A stretch of DNA of 64,000 bases from Amoebophrya sp. A120 (Eukaryota > Protista > Dinoflagellata). The stretch lies in NCBI GenBank assembly GCA_905178155.1, contig CAJINV010000003.1, forward strand, positions 5,609,985-5,673,984, given 5' to 3'. The notes beneath the pieces are model-generated. The model saw only the letters and a program-made list of their open reading frames with translations, was not told the origin of the DNA and did no database searches. This document shows positions 52,548 to 64,000 of this stretch, piece after piece (the stretch's first letter is position 1; each line of letters opens with the position of its first letter). Made by a program: the position numbers and the translations under genes.

Positions 52548-53551
52548 ATTTGGCGGCGGCCCGAGAAAAATGTCATTGAGGTGGTAGCTTGTTCATCCAG
52601 CTATTTATTACTTGCGTTTAGGCTAATGTTGTAGTTTTTCGGGGTGGCAAGAGTATTTCCAACTTTAGGATGCAATTTCACGCGTCTGACATGCCATATG
52701 TACTAAGGCAAGGAAAACAAGTTGCACAAAGGGGGTATAGGACACACGTTCTACACGAAGGAAGGTGGATCCGATGGGTATAGGATGTGTGTGGGTAGCT
52801 CGGGTCGCTGTGACATTGATGGAAATCGACATGCTGACAGTTGCACAAAACAAAGACTCACGCACCGACTCCAAAGGATCAAACCGACTTCGAGATCAGA
52901 GAAGGCACCGACTGCATAATCATGAATTTGTGAAAATATTTCGTTTTTGATCAATTATGTATGCCGCAATTTTCGTGGATTAATAAGAAGCTCTCAGGAT
53001 CGTGTATTCTTGGCTCAACCTCAACCTCTTGCGGGCTAAAACCGATTTCAACCGGTGATGATGCGCCATTGTGTGATCCTTGTCTTTTTTGTTCCAACTT
53101 TCTGAGGTGGTGGAAATTCAGGCGGAACAAAAACACGCGTGAACAGATCGGCCATTGAGCCTTTATTTGAATTTTTTACGGAGCTCTGATCGCTGCTAGC
53201 ATGGTGTGCGCATTGAAAAAGTCATCTTTCTGCTTGGCACCTTGTAGGTTTAGTGGTTTGCACAGCCGCGGCCGCGCCGTGCCGGTTGGCAAAGATATCC
53301 TCGAAGAGGAAAGAAACCACAGGAGTACCAATTGTTCTACCATCACCTGCACTTGTTGGTCGCGTGTATTCATTGACATCTGTCCATCTCCCGCGTTTCC
53401 CACCAGATTTTATCGGCTGTCTGCTCCAATGCGAAGGAATGCCGGTACCGCAACGGAGACGGATCCGGTTCGCTTCGTAGTCTCCACCCCTACTTCTGCC
53501 TGGGCACCAACGGTTGGGCGCGTCGCGCGAGCGCATCGTCGCGACTGCGGA

Positions 53552-56500
53552 CTACCTGGGCGCCGCTGGCACGTCGTTTTCCACGAGATTGAACTCCTGC
53601 TTTCGGGTGTGGGAATTACAGCGCTGGAACGTGAGAAAGCGCGTATCAGGGTTGCCCTCGAGACACCAGCTTCCCCACATCAACTTATGGTGCAGAAACT
53701 GCCACTCCTGATTTCGGTTCACTTTCATGCACGGGTACCCGATGGGAACGTGGCCGCCCTGTTGCGGAAAGGCCGCGTCCATGCAATTGCGGGTCTGCAC
53801 GTTGCGCAGCCCGTTCCCGAAATACCAGTAAAAATCCTGCTTGCCGCTCTTCTCGCTCGAACAGGTTTCCAGCCGGTAGTGCGGGTTGGAGGGAAAAGCC
53901 GAAACGCAGCAGTCTGTGCACACCCCCGGGGCCTCCAGCCGAAACGTGCGCGGCGTCAGCATCTGCTGGTTCACAAATTCGTCCGCGAACAGGTCTGCGT
54001 AGAACGCGAACCCGTGGCACTCTAGATAGTCCTTCGGCGGCGTTCCACTGGACTTTGCCTCCGAACTTTCCGCAGCCGACCTAAAGGACAAATCAACAGT
54101 ATCAGAATTGATAAGCGAAAAAAACGGACGCATCGTCACACAGAAATCGAAACTCGCATACTTTCTTAGATAGCAGGAATCAGGAGCCAGAGCTAGCCGT
54201 CATTGCGGTTGACTGCACTTTGTTGCAGCGAGGATACATGTATAGAGTTGGTGAATCGCCCCAGTGGATTTATTTTTGGACCATGCTATCTAACAAACAG
54301 CCGAGGATAAAGGAGTTGTTGTCCAAGAACATCAGTCAATACATGGAATCAAGGGAGCAAGTACTTCAATTCTTTGTATTTCTGTTCGTCGATGCGGCGG
54401 CCACGGTGTAGCACGACGCCACTCTCGGGGTCCTCCTCAACGAGGGTGGCGCTCTCGGGCGTGAGCGCGGTTCCCTTGGACTCCTCTTTGCCTTTGCTGC
54501 CCGATAGCGGCGGGGTGGAAAAGCTAGGGTTGCCCCGAGGGTACTCGTGTTTTTGCCGATACTGGTCCGCACCGCCCGCAGATGCGTAGAACTTCGCCTT
54601 GGCATTCTTCGAGAACCACTTCTCGATTATGATGTTCAGAAAGGACGCATACCGATACCAAATCATAAAACTCCGCACCATATGATAACAAATAGAAGTA
54701 CTTAATTAACCTTCTTGCAGAGCAAACTACTATTGCAATTCCGGTCGAACAAGTTTCAACATTGATTTCCGCATGTGTAGGAACATGATATGCGTGTTTT
54801 TTCCTGTATCATATCCACCAGCCGGACCCGGTCCTCCAGCTGCAATGCAGGGTCCGCAGCGGCCGTGTCAATCGAAGCGGTTTCCCCGAGGAAGCTGATA
54901 GAAGGGAAACTACGCGTAATCCTAATCTGACAGGGCAGCTGCAGTCTGCAGTTTGCACAGTACTGTAGCTTTGTAGAATTTCTATGCAGAGTACTGATTC
55001 TGATTTTGTGCTTCGCGAGCGCTGCAGCTACAACAGAACTTATCCATGGATCCTGATTTCAGGCGAGCGATGTACAATATTTTTTGGCCCCCTTGTTTGA
55101 GCGCATAAGCATGAACATGGCATGGACCACTTAACTGCGAGGATGATACTCAAGCTACTCAACAGCGAGGAACGACCTGCCTAGTTCCCCTTTCATAACG
55201 CTGTCGCGGGCCACCTGGATTTCCCCCCCGGCCAGCCAGGTGCGGATGCTGTACTCAGACATTACAGTCTCGAAATCCTCCCACTCCTCGAACAGCCCTA
55301 GTTCGCGCCACCACTTGCGCGTGATCGCCAACGCGTTACCCTTCATCACCGCCACCCGGTTCGTCATGTCGTCCACCCAGGCAGTGCTCAGCGCCCAGTT
55401 GCGGAACGCCATCTTGTACGTTCGCACGTCGTGCCGCTGTGAATCATTTGGTATAATTTGTATTCTTTCTCAGCGAGTGGTCAGTATCGCTTTATTATCA
55501 GCGATCGAGCAGCAAGTGTTGCAGGAGGCGCAGACTCACATTGGAAGCAAATGCGGCGTACCGAATGTAAGTGTTGCAGATGCGGCGTACCGAATGGCAA
55601 ACGCGACTTTATAGAGGGTCTTTCTACGGTACATCCGAGGAGCGACAGCTTGTTTCTCAGTTTGGCTTCTTCACCTCGTGCTTAATACTTCCTTGCATGA
55701 CGAAACTCCTGCCAACCACGGTTCGTTCACACGGACACAAGTGCCACGCGTGATGTCGGTGTAGTGGTCATACGTATCTTGTAAAACTAAGAATGAAACT
55801 TTTTCGTATAGCAGTACCGGGTCAGCTTCAGTCGCGGTAGGTCCGAGCGCGTACACGCTAGAGGTAACGACTCGCTTGTAGTTGATGTTGATGTCTCGCA
55901 CCAGAGGCACCATCCAATTGCGACTCGCCCGCATGTGCGCGTCCAGAAAAACGAGGATCGACCCCGTGGTCATGGCCGCGGCCGCGTTGCGGGCCCCACC
56001 GAGACTCTGTGGTTCGGTGGACTGGTAGAGCCGGACGCGCAGCGCCGACGACCCGGGGATGTCCGGGGACGCAGCCCCGGTCTGCAGTTGCGCGGCGTCG
56101 AAGCGCGCGCCGCCGGTTGCGTCCACGACGACCGCCTCCGCGATGCTAGACACCGGCTCCGTGTGCAGCAGGAAGGAGCGCAGGGTGGCAGCCACCTCCT
56201 CGGGCGTATCGTCGGCGGACGCGGTGAGCACGAGCGAGATAACGTTGTTCGTGATCTTCTCGGCGATGCCCCCGAGGTGCGCGTCCTCCTCCTGCCGCGT
56301 CGATAGATGGTACAGAATCGGCGACACAGAGTCTTCCTGCGGGGTGTGCTTCAGTTCGCCCGTGCCCGCCGACGCGTCCGCCCCCTCGTGTGCGCCGGGT
56401 GGCCGCGGCGTGTGGATCAGTTCTGCAAATGGCCGGTGGAACGGCGCCTCGGACTTTGGAAGCCCCGTGGCGTCCGCCAGGTCGTCCCCGGAGCTTGCAC

Positions 56501-56807
56501 TCTCGGCCTCCAACAGAGGACTCTGCAGCTGGGCCGCGGCGTGCTCCCCGGCGCGTCCGGCCGTAGACGACGGGGAGGCCAGGTCGCTGGATGCTGCAGG
56601 CAACAAAGGGTCACCGCTCGGGCCGAGGCTAGTCGTACTCTGCGGAAGCAGTGCGTGCAGAGTCACCATTAGGACCTGAAGGGCGACGCAGATCACGAGC
56701 ACCGTCAACTTTCGCGACTCAGGTACGAAGCCGAGCGGAAGCAGAAAGAAGCACAAGACCCCCACCGTCGCAGCCTGGCTCCGTGCTGCCTCCTCGCGCA
56801 CAAACAT
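53552..56807 (-). CDS. Polypeptide N-acetylgalactosaminyltransferase-like protein (GT-A fold plus C-terminal ricin-B lectin), multi-exon
   Basis: N-terminal hydrophobic segments; GARNAAAAMTTGSILVFLDAH; EYSIRTWLAGGEIQV; ricin repeats NCMDA...PC...NQEWQF...CLE. Confidence 0.8.
54628..54813. mobile_element. Degenerate TIR introner (flanks TCGAT/TCCAC)
   Basis: TATGATGTTCAGAAAGGACGCATA / rc TATGATACAGGAAAAAACACGCATA; removal gives DRVRL(V/I)EKWFSKNAKAKFY. Confidence 0.7.
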
Positions 56808-57752
56808 GGGAACCTGTCAGTCGTTGTGCGTTTATTTTTTCAACATAGAAGTGTCCACACGCTAGCTTCGTTGGGCGAAAGGCCACTCTTTCTTGGAAGG
56901 TGGGAGCGATGGCAGCCGCAGCAACTACAGGAACTATACACCTCTAGCAGCAAAAATCATGATCTTGCTGAGCCCGTAAGGGACGAATTCACGGAGAGTT
57001 CCCGTGTAATTCTTGCGAAAAGCCATTGGGTTTAATACGACAGTACGTATTGACTTACCGTGAAGAACAGAGCCACTCGAAACAACCCCCAGGCCCGTTC
57101 CCTAAGGTATTCCTTCATTACCGCGCTCTGCTGCGCGTTCTTCCACATTTTTTCCCAAGTGTCAAGCGTTCAGAGGCTGTAGTTTTAGAAGACACGCTGC
57201 AAGCGAGCAAAAAAAAGCACACTATGGATCTTCTTTCGACGAGGCATACTCAAAGTGCCGCTGCTTCAACTTATGCAAAGCAAGATTATGCGGGCCTCCC
57301 GTAGCGTGAATTTAAGCATTGATTGCCAATCAACATCTAACTCGAGTTAGTATCCATTACTCAACAAACTGTCACAACTAAATCCTCTACCTTCACAAAA
57401 TGGCTCGCCACGCACCTCTCTTGCGAAACGAATCTCACTACACGGACGAGACGGCCACAGCGACGACGAGCAGACACAGCGGTTTTAATGCAAATGACCA
57501 CTGCTATGCCCGTTGCTGTTTCGGTGAACAAATCAATCGATTCTCCTCATCGTCGTTGTAGGAGCATGTACTACAATAGCGCGTCGAATGTAGTATGTAT
57601 TTTCGGGTCGTGAAAAGTTCCGACGTGTTGTCGTGGAACCATAAACGAGTATAGTCGGTCGCTTCACTTCTAGCGCGCTGCTCATGTGAGTTGCAGTAAC
57701 TCAAATCATCAACAAATTTCTAGGCTCTTTGCTAGCGTACAACTTTGCAGCA

Positions 57753-60700
57753 TCAGCAGGTCCGAATATTACTCGGGAGGTATTCTTGTGGCACGAACCA
57801 GGATTCGCACCGTGCGATGTTGCGGAGCTTCGCCACGAGTGCTTGTGTCTCTGCAGGGGCCCACTCCTCGAGCCTGCGCATCACCTCGCGTTGCATGCTT
57901 TTGTGCAGCGGCCCAGCAACGTCATGCTTGCTCGAGGACGATGTGTGCACCACAATTCGTGCGATGTCGTCGGCTGTGAAATACCGCGTCTTCATGCTGA
58001 GCTGTCGCCTTAACAGGCTCTGCACTCGCCGGAAGAGCTTCTCTGCCGAAGAGTTGTACCGAGTCCCGCGATTCGCATAGTCTCGGCACAACTCGTCCTG
58101 TGCAAGAGCACCCTTAGTTGTAGATTCCGGCCACGTCTGCATCGCCACGAAAACGGATACGAGGTAGGTTGGCGGAAAAAGCAACACGGTTGCAGCAATT
58201 TTTTCGCACAGAAGCCCGCGCCGGCCCGGGTCCTCCGGAACATTTTCTGCAAGGTGCGTGATTTCGTGGTAGCAGAGTTCCGCTTTATCCTGTGCAAAAG
58301 CATCGCACTCGTAGTAATTGCAAATATGCATGACAAATCTTCTTCCTAAGGTAAAACAGCATTACAAATTCCATTTTTCATGCTGAGGTAATTCGTATTG
58401 CGATTTATACTAGTGCGATACTTTTGCAATGCATACGCTTCCCGCTCGAACAAAATTTCGTCAAGTATATCGCAATGAAAAGACTTCCTACTCCATCAAA
58501 CGGCCGCTCGATCTTCTGCGTTGTAACTTAGTAGGCCGCAACAAAAGACGGGTCTCGTAGCGTAACTAAGACTACTAATGTTCATTCTACTTCACAGACA
58601 ATTTTCCATATACACACATACATGGTACGTTTAGCTATTCGTATTCAGTGCAGGATCATAGCCTTTTCCAGCCGATACAGTAGCTCCCGCAGACTACGCA
58701 GCGTCTCCTGTTCCTCTGGGTCGCAGCCTCCCGCGGTCGAAGCGCCCTGTGCGGCAAGTGCCGGCACAGAGCAGCTGGGCGTGCCACCGTACGCGCCGCC
58801 ATTTTCTTCAATACTTGGCGTGATTTCCAATTCACTTTTCGTTTCTGCCAGTGCAGTAGCGAGCGTTCCGAGCGATCGAATGGAAAAGCTGCCGGGCTCT
58901 CGGGCACGATCACGAATGATCTGAGCAATCTGTGTCCAGAAACCTGCGTCACGGTATAGTCCGCCCTGCCGCACTGCAAGCGCTGGCATCCGAAGGAAAG
59001 AACACCCTGTCGGAGCCCTCATGGTCGTGGAGGCAGTATACATAGAGTTACAATCGCAATTATGGGCCTATTTCTGCATATAGACATTGATGACTCAATT
59101 TATAATTTGTGCGGCGCAGGGCCGCGATGTTCCCAAAAAAACACGAACAGCGGTATTAATATCTCTTTGTCATGCTTTTATTCGAGCATCACTGACTCTT
59201 TTCTGATGCCGACATGTTTGCCCACTCGAGCTTTTGGTGGTCTCTTCCTCTTGGATAGCGAGTGCGCACAGATGAGAGTAATCCAAGACGGCAAGGTGCG
59301 GCTTCAAACGACCGACTAAGGCAGTGAAGAGTAAACGAAATTTTTCCCGTCGCCGACACGCTACTTCGTCCTCGCCTGTTGCCGAGCACCCTGCAATCGC
59401 ATCACCGTCCATGCTGCCAGAACGCGTGCCTCGAAATGTCATAGCACCCCGCATGGCGATGGCCATTTGTCCGAAGGCGTGGAGAATATGCGGCAACCAA
59501 TGCTGGAGAGCATCGGGACGCGCACGGGAAACTCGTGCCGCGGAAAGCAATGCGGACGCTACTTCCTCAAAGAGGTCTCCATATTCGACATAGATGTTTT
59601 CCACTGCCCGGCGCGAGGCAAAACTGGGCAGCAGGACACTGTAGTCCTCGAGGGCCAGCCCATGTTTCCGCTGAGTGACGTACCGCGCCGCGTTGTGAAA
59701 GATGTGCCTCGAGTGCGTTTCCGCCTGCACCGCGGACGTAAAAGCCATTTCCCACCTCTTCTTGTTATGCGCGAGTACGCACGCTCGGAGTGCCCTGCCC
59801 ATGGTCCGAATCGTGTCCGAAGAGAGGCCCGGAGGGGGTGATGAGCTACTCGCAGTACTTCGCGCAGTGCTGTCGCGCTCTTCTCCTGCTTGGTCGCGTG
59901 AAAGAATTGCAAGGAAATAACGGCTCCGAGCCTCTACTTTATAGCGTCTTGCCGTTGTATTGATGGACTGGTCTCCCTGCTGCCTGTTCGCTTCTCAATT
60001 GTATTCTTGCATACTTAAGCAGATGCAGAATAATGCTCCACGCCTATGAATCCAAATTCTTTCATCATGTAACCACCGATCTGCATAATATCCTCCTTTG
60101 GGCCTGAAGGGACAAGCGCAGTTTCTATACACCGCTAAAATCTAATGCTGTTCTGCTCCTACGTGGCCGCAAGGGCCCTTCGCAATCACCGGAGCCGTCT
60201 CAGGTGATAAACCAGCGCAAAACCAAGCTCGAATAGCCCACCAGCAAATCGTCTTCCAGGGGCGTCGGAGATCCCGTCTGGGCCTTGCAGAGCCAGTAGT
60301 ACAGCTCAACCATGGAGGCGAGATTTGACCACGTGCCCACCTTCTCGTGCAGCTGCAAAATTCTGCGCGCTCGCTCCTGGTATCCGGCGAATAGGCTGGC
60401 GCACTTAAGAGACCCCATGGAGAGAAATTCAGCGTCTCGTTCAAGATTCCGCCGAATTTCCGCCGCCAGGCTGCGCGGATTATCATTCCTGCTACCTGCT
60501 GTTGTTTATGCATTGCAAATATGTCTGGGTCTGGAAGAATGAAGCCTGTCATGCGAAAGCTGGATCACGAGAAAGCCTGTGTTGCATGAACGCCAACAGT
60601 TACCCATTTCTCGCTAGGAAATGTAAAACGGGAATGATTTCTCATGCGGAAGCAAGAGGCATGAGGAAGGTCTCAAAAAAATCTGTGATGCTTCTGTCTG

Positions 60701-60987
60701 CATCTACAGACCATGAGTGCTGTCCGCGACATGCATAACAAATCTTGCAACTCTCCAGACCCAGACATTTTTGCAGTTGATATTGTTGAACTGCTCTTGA
60801 TGGCCAGGCTCGATGCATCGTCGATCGCAACATTTGTGCTGTCGCTCCTCGCACTTGTGCGTGTCGTCGAGCTACCGGGCCCGCGGTGCCGCGGTGCGGC
60901 GGGGGCTGAAAACTTGCATCCCCCACACACAAATGCACTTCGACGGATAACGCCGCCCGTTGCGCAATTCGTGCATCGGTTCTTCAT
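57753..60987 (-). CDS. Multi-exon hypothetical helical protein (possibly a helical-repeat RNA-binding type)
   Basis: Series of minus-strand ORFs; two junctions are restored by element removal; may be more than one gene. Confidence 0.4.
58286..58435. mobile_element. TIR introner (TSD CGCTT)
   Basis: TATCCTGTGCAAAAGCATCGCACTCGTA / rc TATGCATTGCAAAAGTATCGCACTAGTA; removal gives ILFEREA|ELCYHEI. Confidence 0.88.
60507..60782. mobile_element. TIR introner, family B (TSD TTGTT)
   Basis: Family B TIRs; removal gives IKSSST|TAGSRNDNPR...MGSLKC. Confidence 0.92.
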
Positions 60988-63900
60988 AGCTTTGATTTCT
61001 TTTCTTGAACAGAGCGCTCGTGATTCCTAGAGCGAACTACTGCCGTGAACGTGATATGATGTGAGGGCACCTCGAAGTGAAAATTTCCGTCTGCGACGAC
61101 AACAATCAAGCTAGACTATTGCTCACACGTGCCGCCGGAGCAGCTGTAACAGCTTAACAGCGATCCGAGAACCTAGAGCTCCTTGCTGTGCTGATCTGCC
61201 TAATGGAAAATGCCTACATGATCTTTCTTTAGCGTCACGGTGATCCTAATACGGGAGAACGAAAAAAACAAAAAGCTCAAATCGGAGAACACCACGTCGG
61301 TGAATCTGTGAAGTTTTTTTCCCGCTCTGTTTGTCTTTCCATTTATCATTCCCGTAAAATGATTTTGTTCTCCGAATTCCGCGCTCGTCGTTGCATATTG
61401 TACATGAGAAAACACGACGGCGCGCTGCTGAAATGCTAAAAACTAGTCGTTGTGCTGAAAACTAAAATCATAAGACAAATTTTTCCCCAGCAATAATGTG
61501 CATTTTTCGATCAAAACGAATCTCCTCAAGGTGCGAAACGATTCGCAGGTGCCGATGATAGATAACATAATAATAGTTGCAAAGTGAACATATAAGTTAC
61601 ATTGGTAAAAGTCAAATCAAAAGCGCAAAAGAGGCGATTAGGCTTGGTTCTGAAAATAATTGTAATCAACAAATGATTGATGATGATAAGGAAGCTGTAA
61701 GTAAGGCTGTAAGATTGCTTGAAAATGGAAGCGATACAATAAAAAATGGTTTACTTGTCCGGTTCAATTCGCAATTTTGTTGTACAATAACGATCCTGAA
61801 AGTGTTGTACCTATGTGTAAGTAACTTAAATCACGTGATTCACGCCAAAAAATAATCGGAACTAGTTGTGAAATAACAGTCGTAAGTTTGAGCTTTTTCC
61901 TTTGCTCTTGCTCGCTACGTTACTGATCGTACTTTCTCGGGTAAGTGTTGGACTTATCCTGTTGTGACAAGTGACGTCGTGAGTGCGCATTGACTACGTG
62001 CGACAAGCGTAGCAAGTACAATCGTAAAAAATGTTCGACCCGTTGTGGTCGTGGAAATTGTAATCATAGAATCTGTGGGTGACGAAAACAGTGCAATCGT
62101 GCGGAGCTTCTCCGTTGCAGCGGTGATCCTCGAAACAATACGCACATAAATTGGAAAAAACAGAACGAAAGACCATAACTCCCCGCTATTTGCTCATTTG
62201 CTCCAGATATGAACCTACTTTTCTACGTTGGCACAGCGGTAGTGCGTTCTTTCTAAAAAGCAAAAAGAACGATCATGACAGTGAGTTGTTAGATTCTCAT
62301 TTTATCGTCATCTTTCCTTGTCTTCGGTCCATCCATGTTTTATCTATTTTAGTACTTGCACTTCTTCATTTCCATCAGCATTATTTGCTAAGGATACGTA
62401 TCGTCTCAGAACACGACCGGCTTAGGACGAGGTGCTTGCAGCAGCTGCGGATGCAGCCTGCTGTGGTTGGATTCCGCCTGGGGGCTGGGCGACTGGGATT
62501 CCTTCTTGACCTGGAGGCTGGGCGCTCGCTTGTTGCTGAGCCGGCTGAAACGTGACTACTTGTTGCGGAACAGCAGCTGTTACCGACGTACCAGGCGTCA
62601 TCGCTTGCGTTTGCCCAGCTGCACCTTTTTTTTTCATTTTATTCGCCGCCGCGCTTCCTGCCAACATAGCACCACCCATCATCCAGTGTAAAAACCGCCT
62701 CACTTCTTCATAACTACAAGCTTTCAGCGTTTCTCGTTTATTTGGGTTCAAAAAAGGCGATAATGCATTGCCAGAGCCAGCAGACGAGCGCCTCGGCCTC
62801 TTATCTAAGTCTATCTGTCATCTTACTGCGAGGGAGTGTGACATGTACTCGCACTTTTGCGCACTAAAATCCCAGCGTGCAGTACGCAGACGCCGGAGAT
62901 GTCAACCTTGTCCTTGTCAGAGAGATACTTATGGCATCGGCATTGAAGACATCGTCGGCGCCGATGAATGCACAAGCTTGACGTGTTGGGGAACATAAAT
63001 ACATCTCGTTTGCAGAGCGGCAAGGTTTTCACACCGGATAGCCACCGCTCCCATCGTCGCCAAGCCTTGCATCGAGTTGGCTCTTATCGAAGTCAAATGT
63101 GCCCTGGGTCCAGAATCACGAAAAATTAGTTTCTCATGACACACTTTTGAGCAAAGGAAAGGTGGGGAGCGAGATACGACTGCCGAACACAGCTCCGGAC
63201 TTTAAACTGCTCATAGATATGCTCTTAGTACGGTGAGAACTACACACAGCAACTGTTCGTGTTCCTGGAGCAGGGACCCTTTCAATATGATAGCCTGTGG
63301 GGGAGTGTATGCATTGCAAGGATATTAGGGTCAGAGATGAGTGTGTAAAGTGACCTATCAAGCTCCATGTAAACGATACAGAAGTCAGAGTGATTACGCC
63401 AGTGTCGTCTTCTTTCCATGCAGTTGAAAGAAGACCGGAGTAACGCAGACTAGGCAATCAAGAGACGTCGCGATGCCAGTGCGCCCTCGGCCTGCAGCAA
63501 ACAAAGTTTAAGGCTCTCTAGTACACTATGATCCCCTACAGCGCAATCAGCACTTTCAATGACCCGAATATACATACTTGCATTGGTTAGGGGGTTGCAA
63601 CCACCAAAGCACTCGCAAGATCCTGTTGCAGTCCTGTATCGAGACGACGAACCACCCCTCCATTCACTACCCCAAAGCAGCTCGTCTATCCTATGCCACT
63701 GATGATCTCTTGGTTACAACAAGTGTGGCATGTATAGAAGAATCTCAATCTGAAAGCTTATTTCGAGGTGGCTCAAGAGAGTCTCAATTTACATCTTTAT
63801 TAGCCACCTGCGCCTCGCAAATTTTGCGCTTAACGCGATTCGCATATATACAAATCAAGCATGGCTGTTTCGCTTTCTCTGCGTATCAAGTCGATGGGCA

Positions 63901-64000
63901 AGTGTAGGAAGTCCCGGCATGCAAAGTACGTGAAAATCGAAATCCCGCCTAAAATAGGCATTGCTTTTGGGTGCGGGATTTTTTGGGGACGTTTGCGTTG

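Noticed and set aside
57396-57405. CAAAATGGCT, partial match to the reverse complement of the dinoflagellate spliced leader
   Set aside because: Only 10 nt and about 600 bp from the next start codon; compatible with chance.
62422-62751. Q/A/P-rich minus-strand ORF
   Set aside because: Could be a terminal exon, but it is low complexity and no upstream exons could be supported.

Overview
Eukaryotic, gene-dense window in which every recognisable gene lies on the minus strand. Genes: an axonemal dynein heavy chain (running off the left edge), a porin-like beta-barrel, APC2, CBP80/NCBP1, a RidA/YjgF protein, NAR1, a polypeptide GalNAc-transferase and several hypothetical proteins. The dominant signal is about 28 insertions of 0.12-1.6 kb. 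The intact ones begin TAT, end ATA, carry terminal inverted repeats (TIRs, several distinct families) and are flanked by a 5-bp direct repeat (TSD). Most interrupt coding sequence. Deleting the element plus one repeat restores the reading frame at each coding junction I translated, yet the element termini are not GT-AG. They therefore behave as transposon-derived non-canonical introns (introners), alongside ordinary GT-AG introns. From memory, this architecture matches the introners reported in the parasitic dinoflagellate Amoebophrya; that assignment is an inference, and to my knowledge the excision mechanism is unresolved. Highlights: the same element occurs in both orientations relative to transcription, a 1.59-kb GC-rich member duplicated a splice acceptor, all families share an internal TTGTNATGC motif, mismatched repeats would reveal the exact cut site, and a hairpin array is built from 5' splice-site/U1-like sequence. 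Coordinates were counted by eye, and exon limits not tied to a repeat are approximate.
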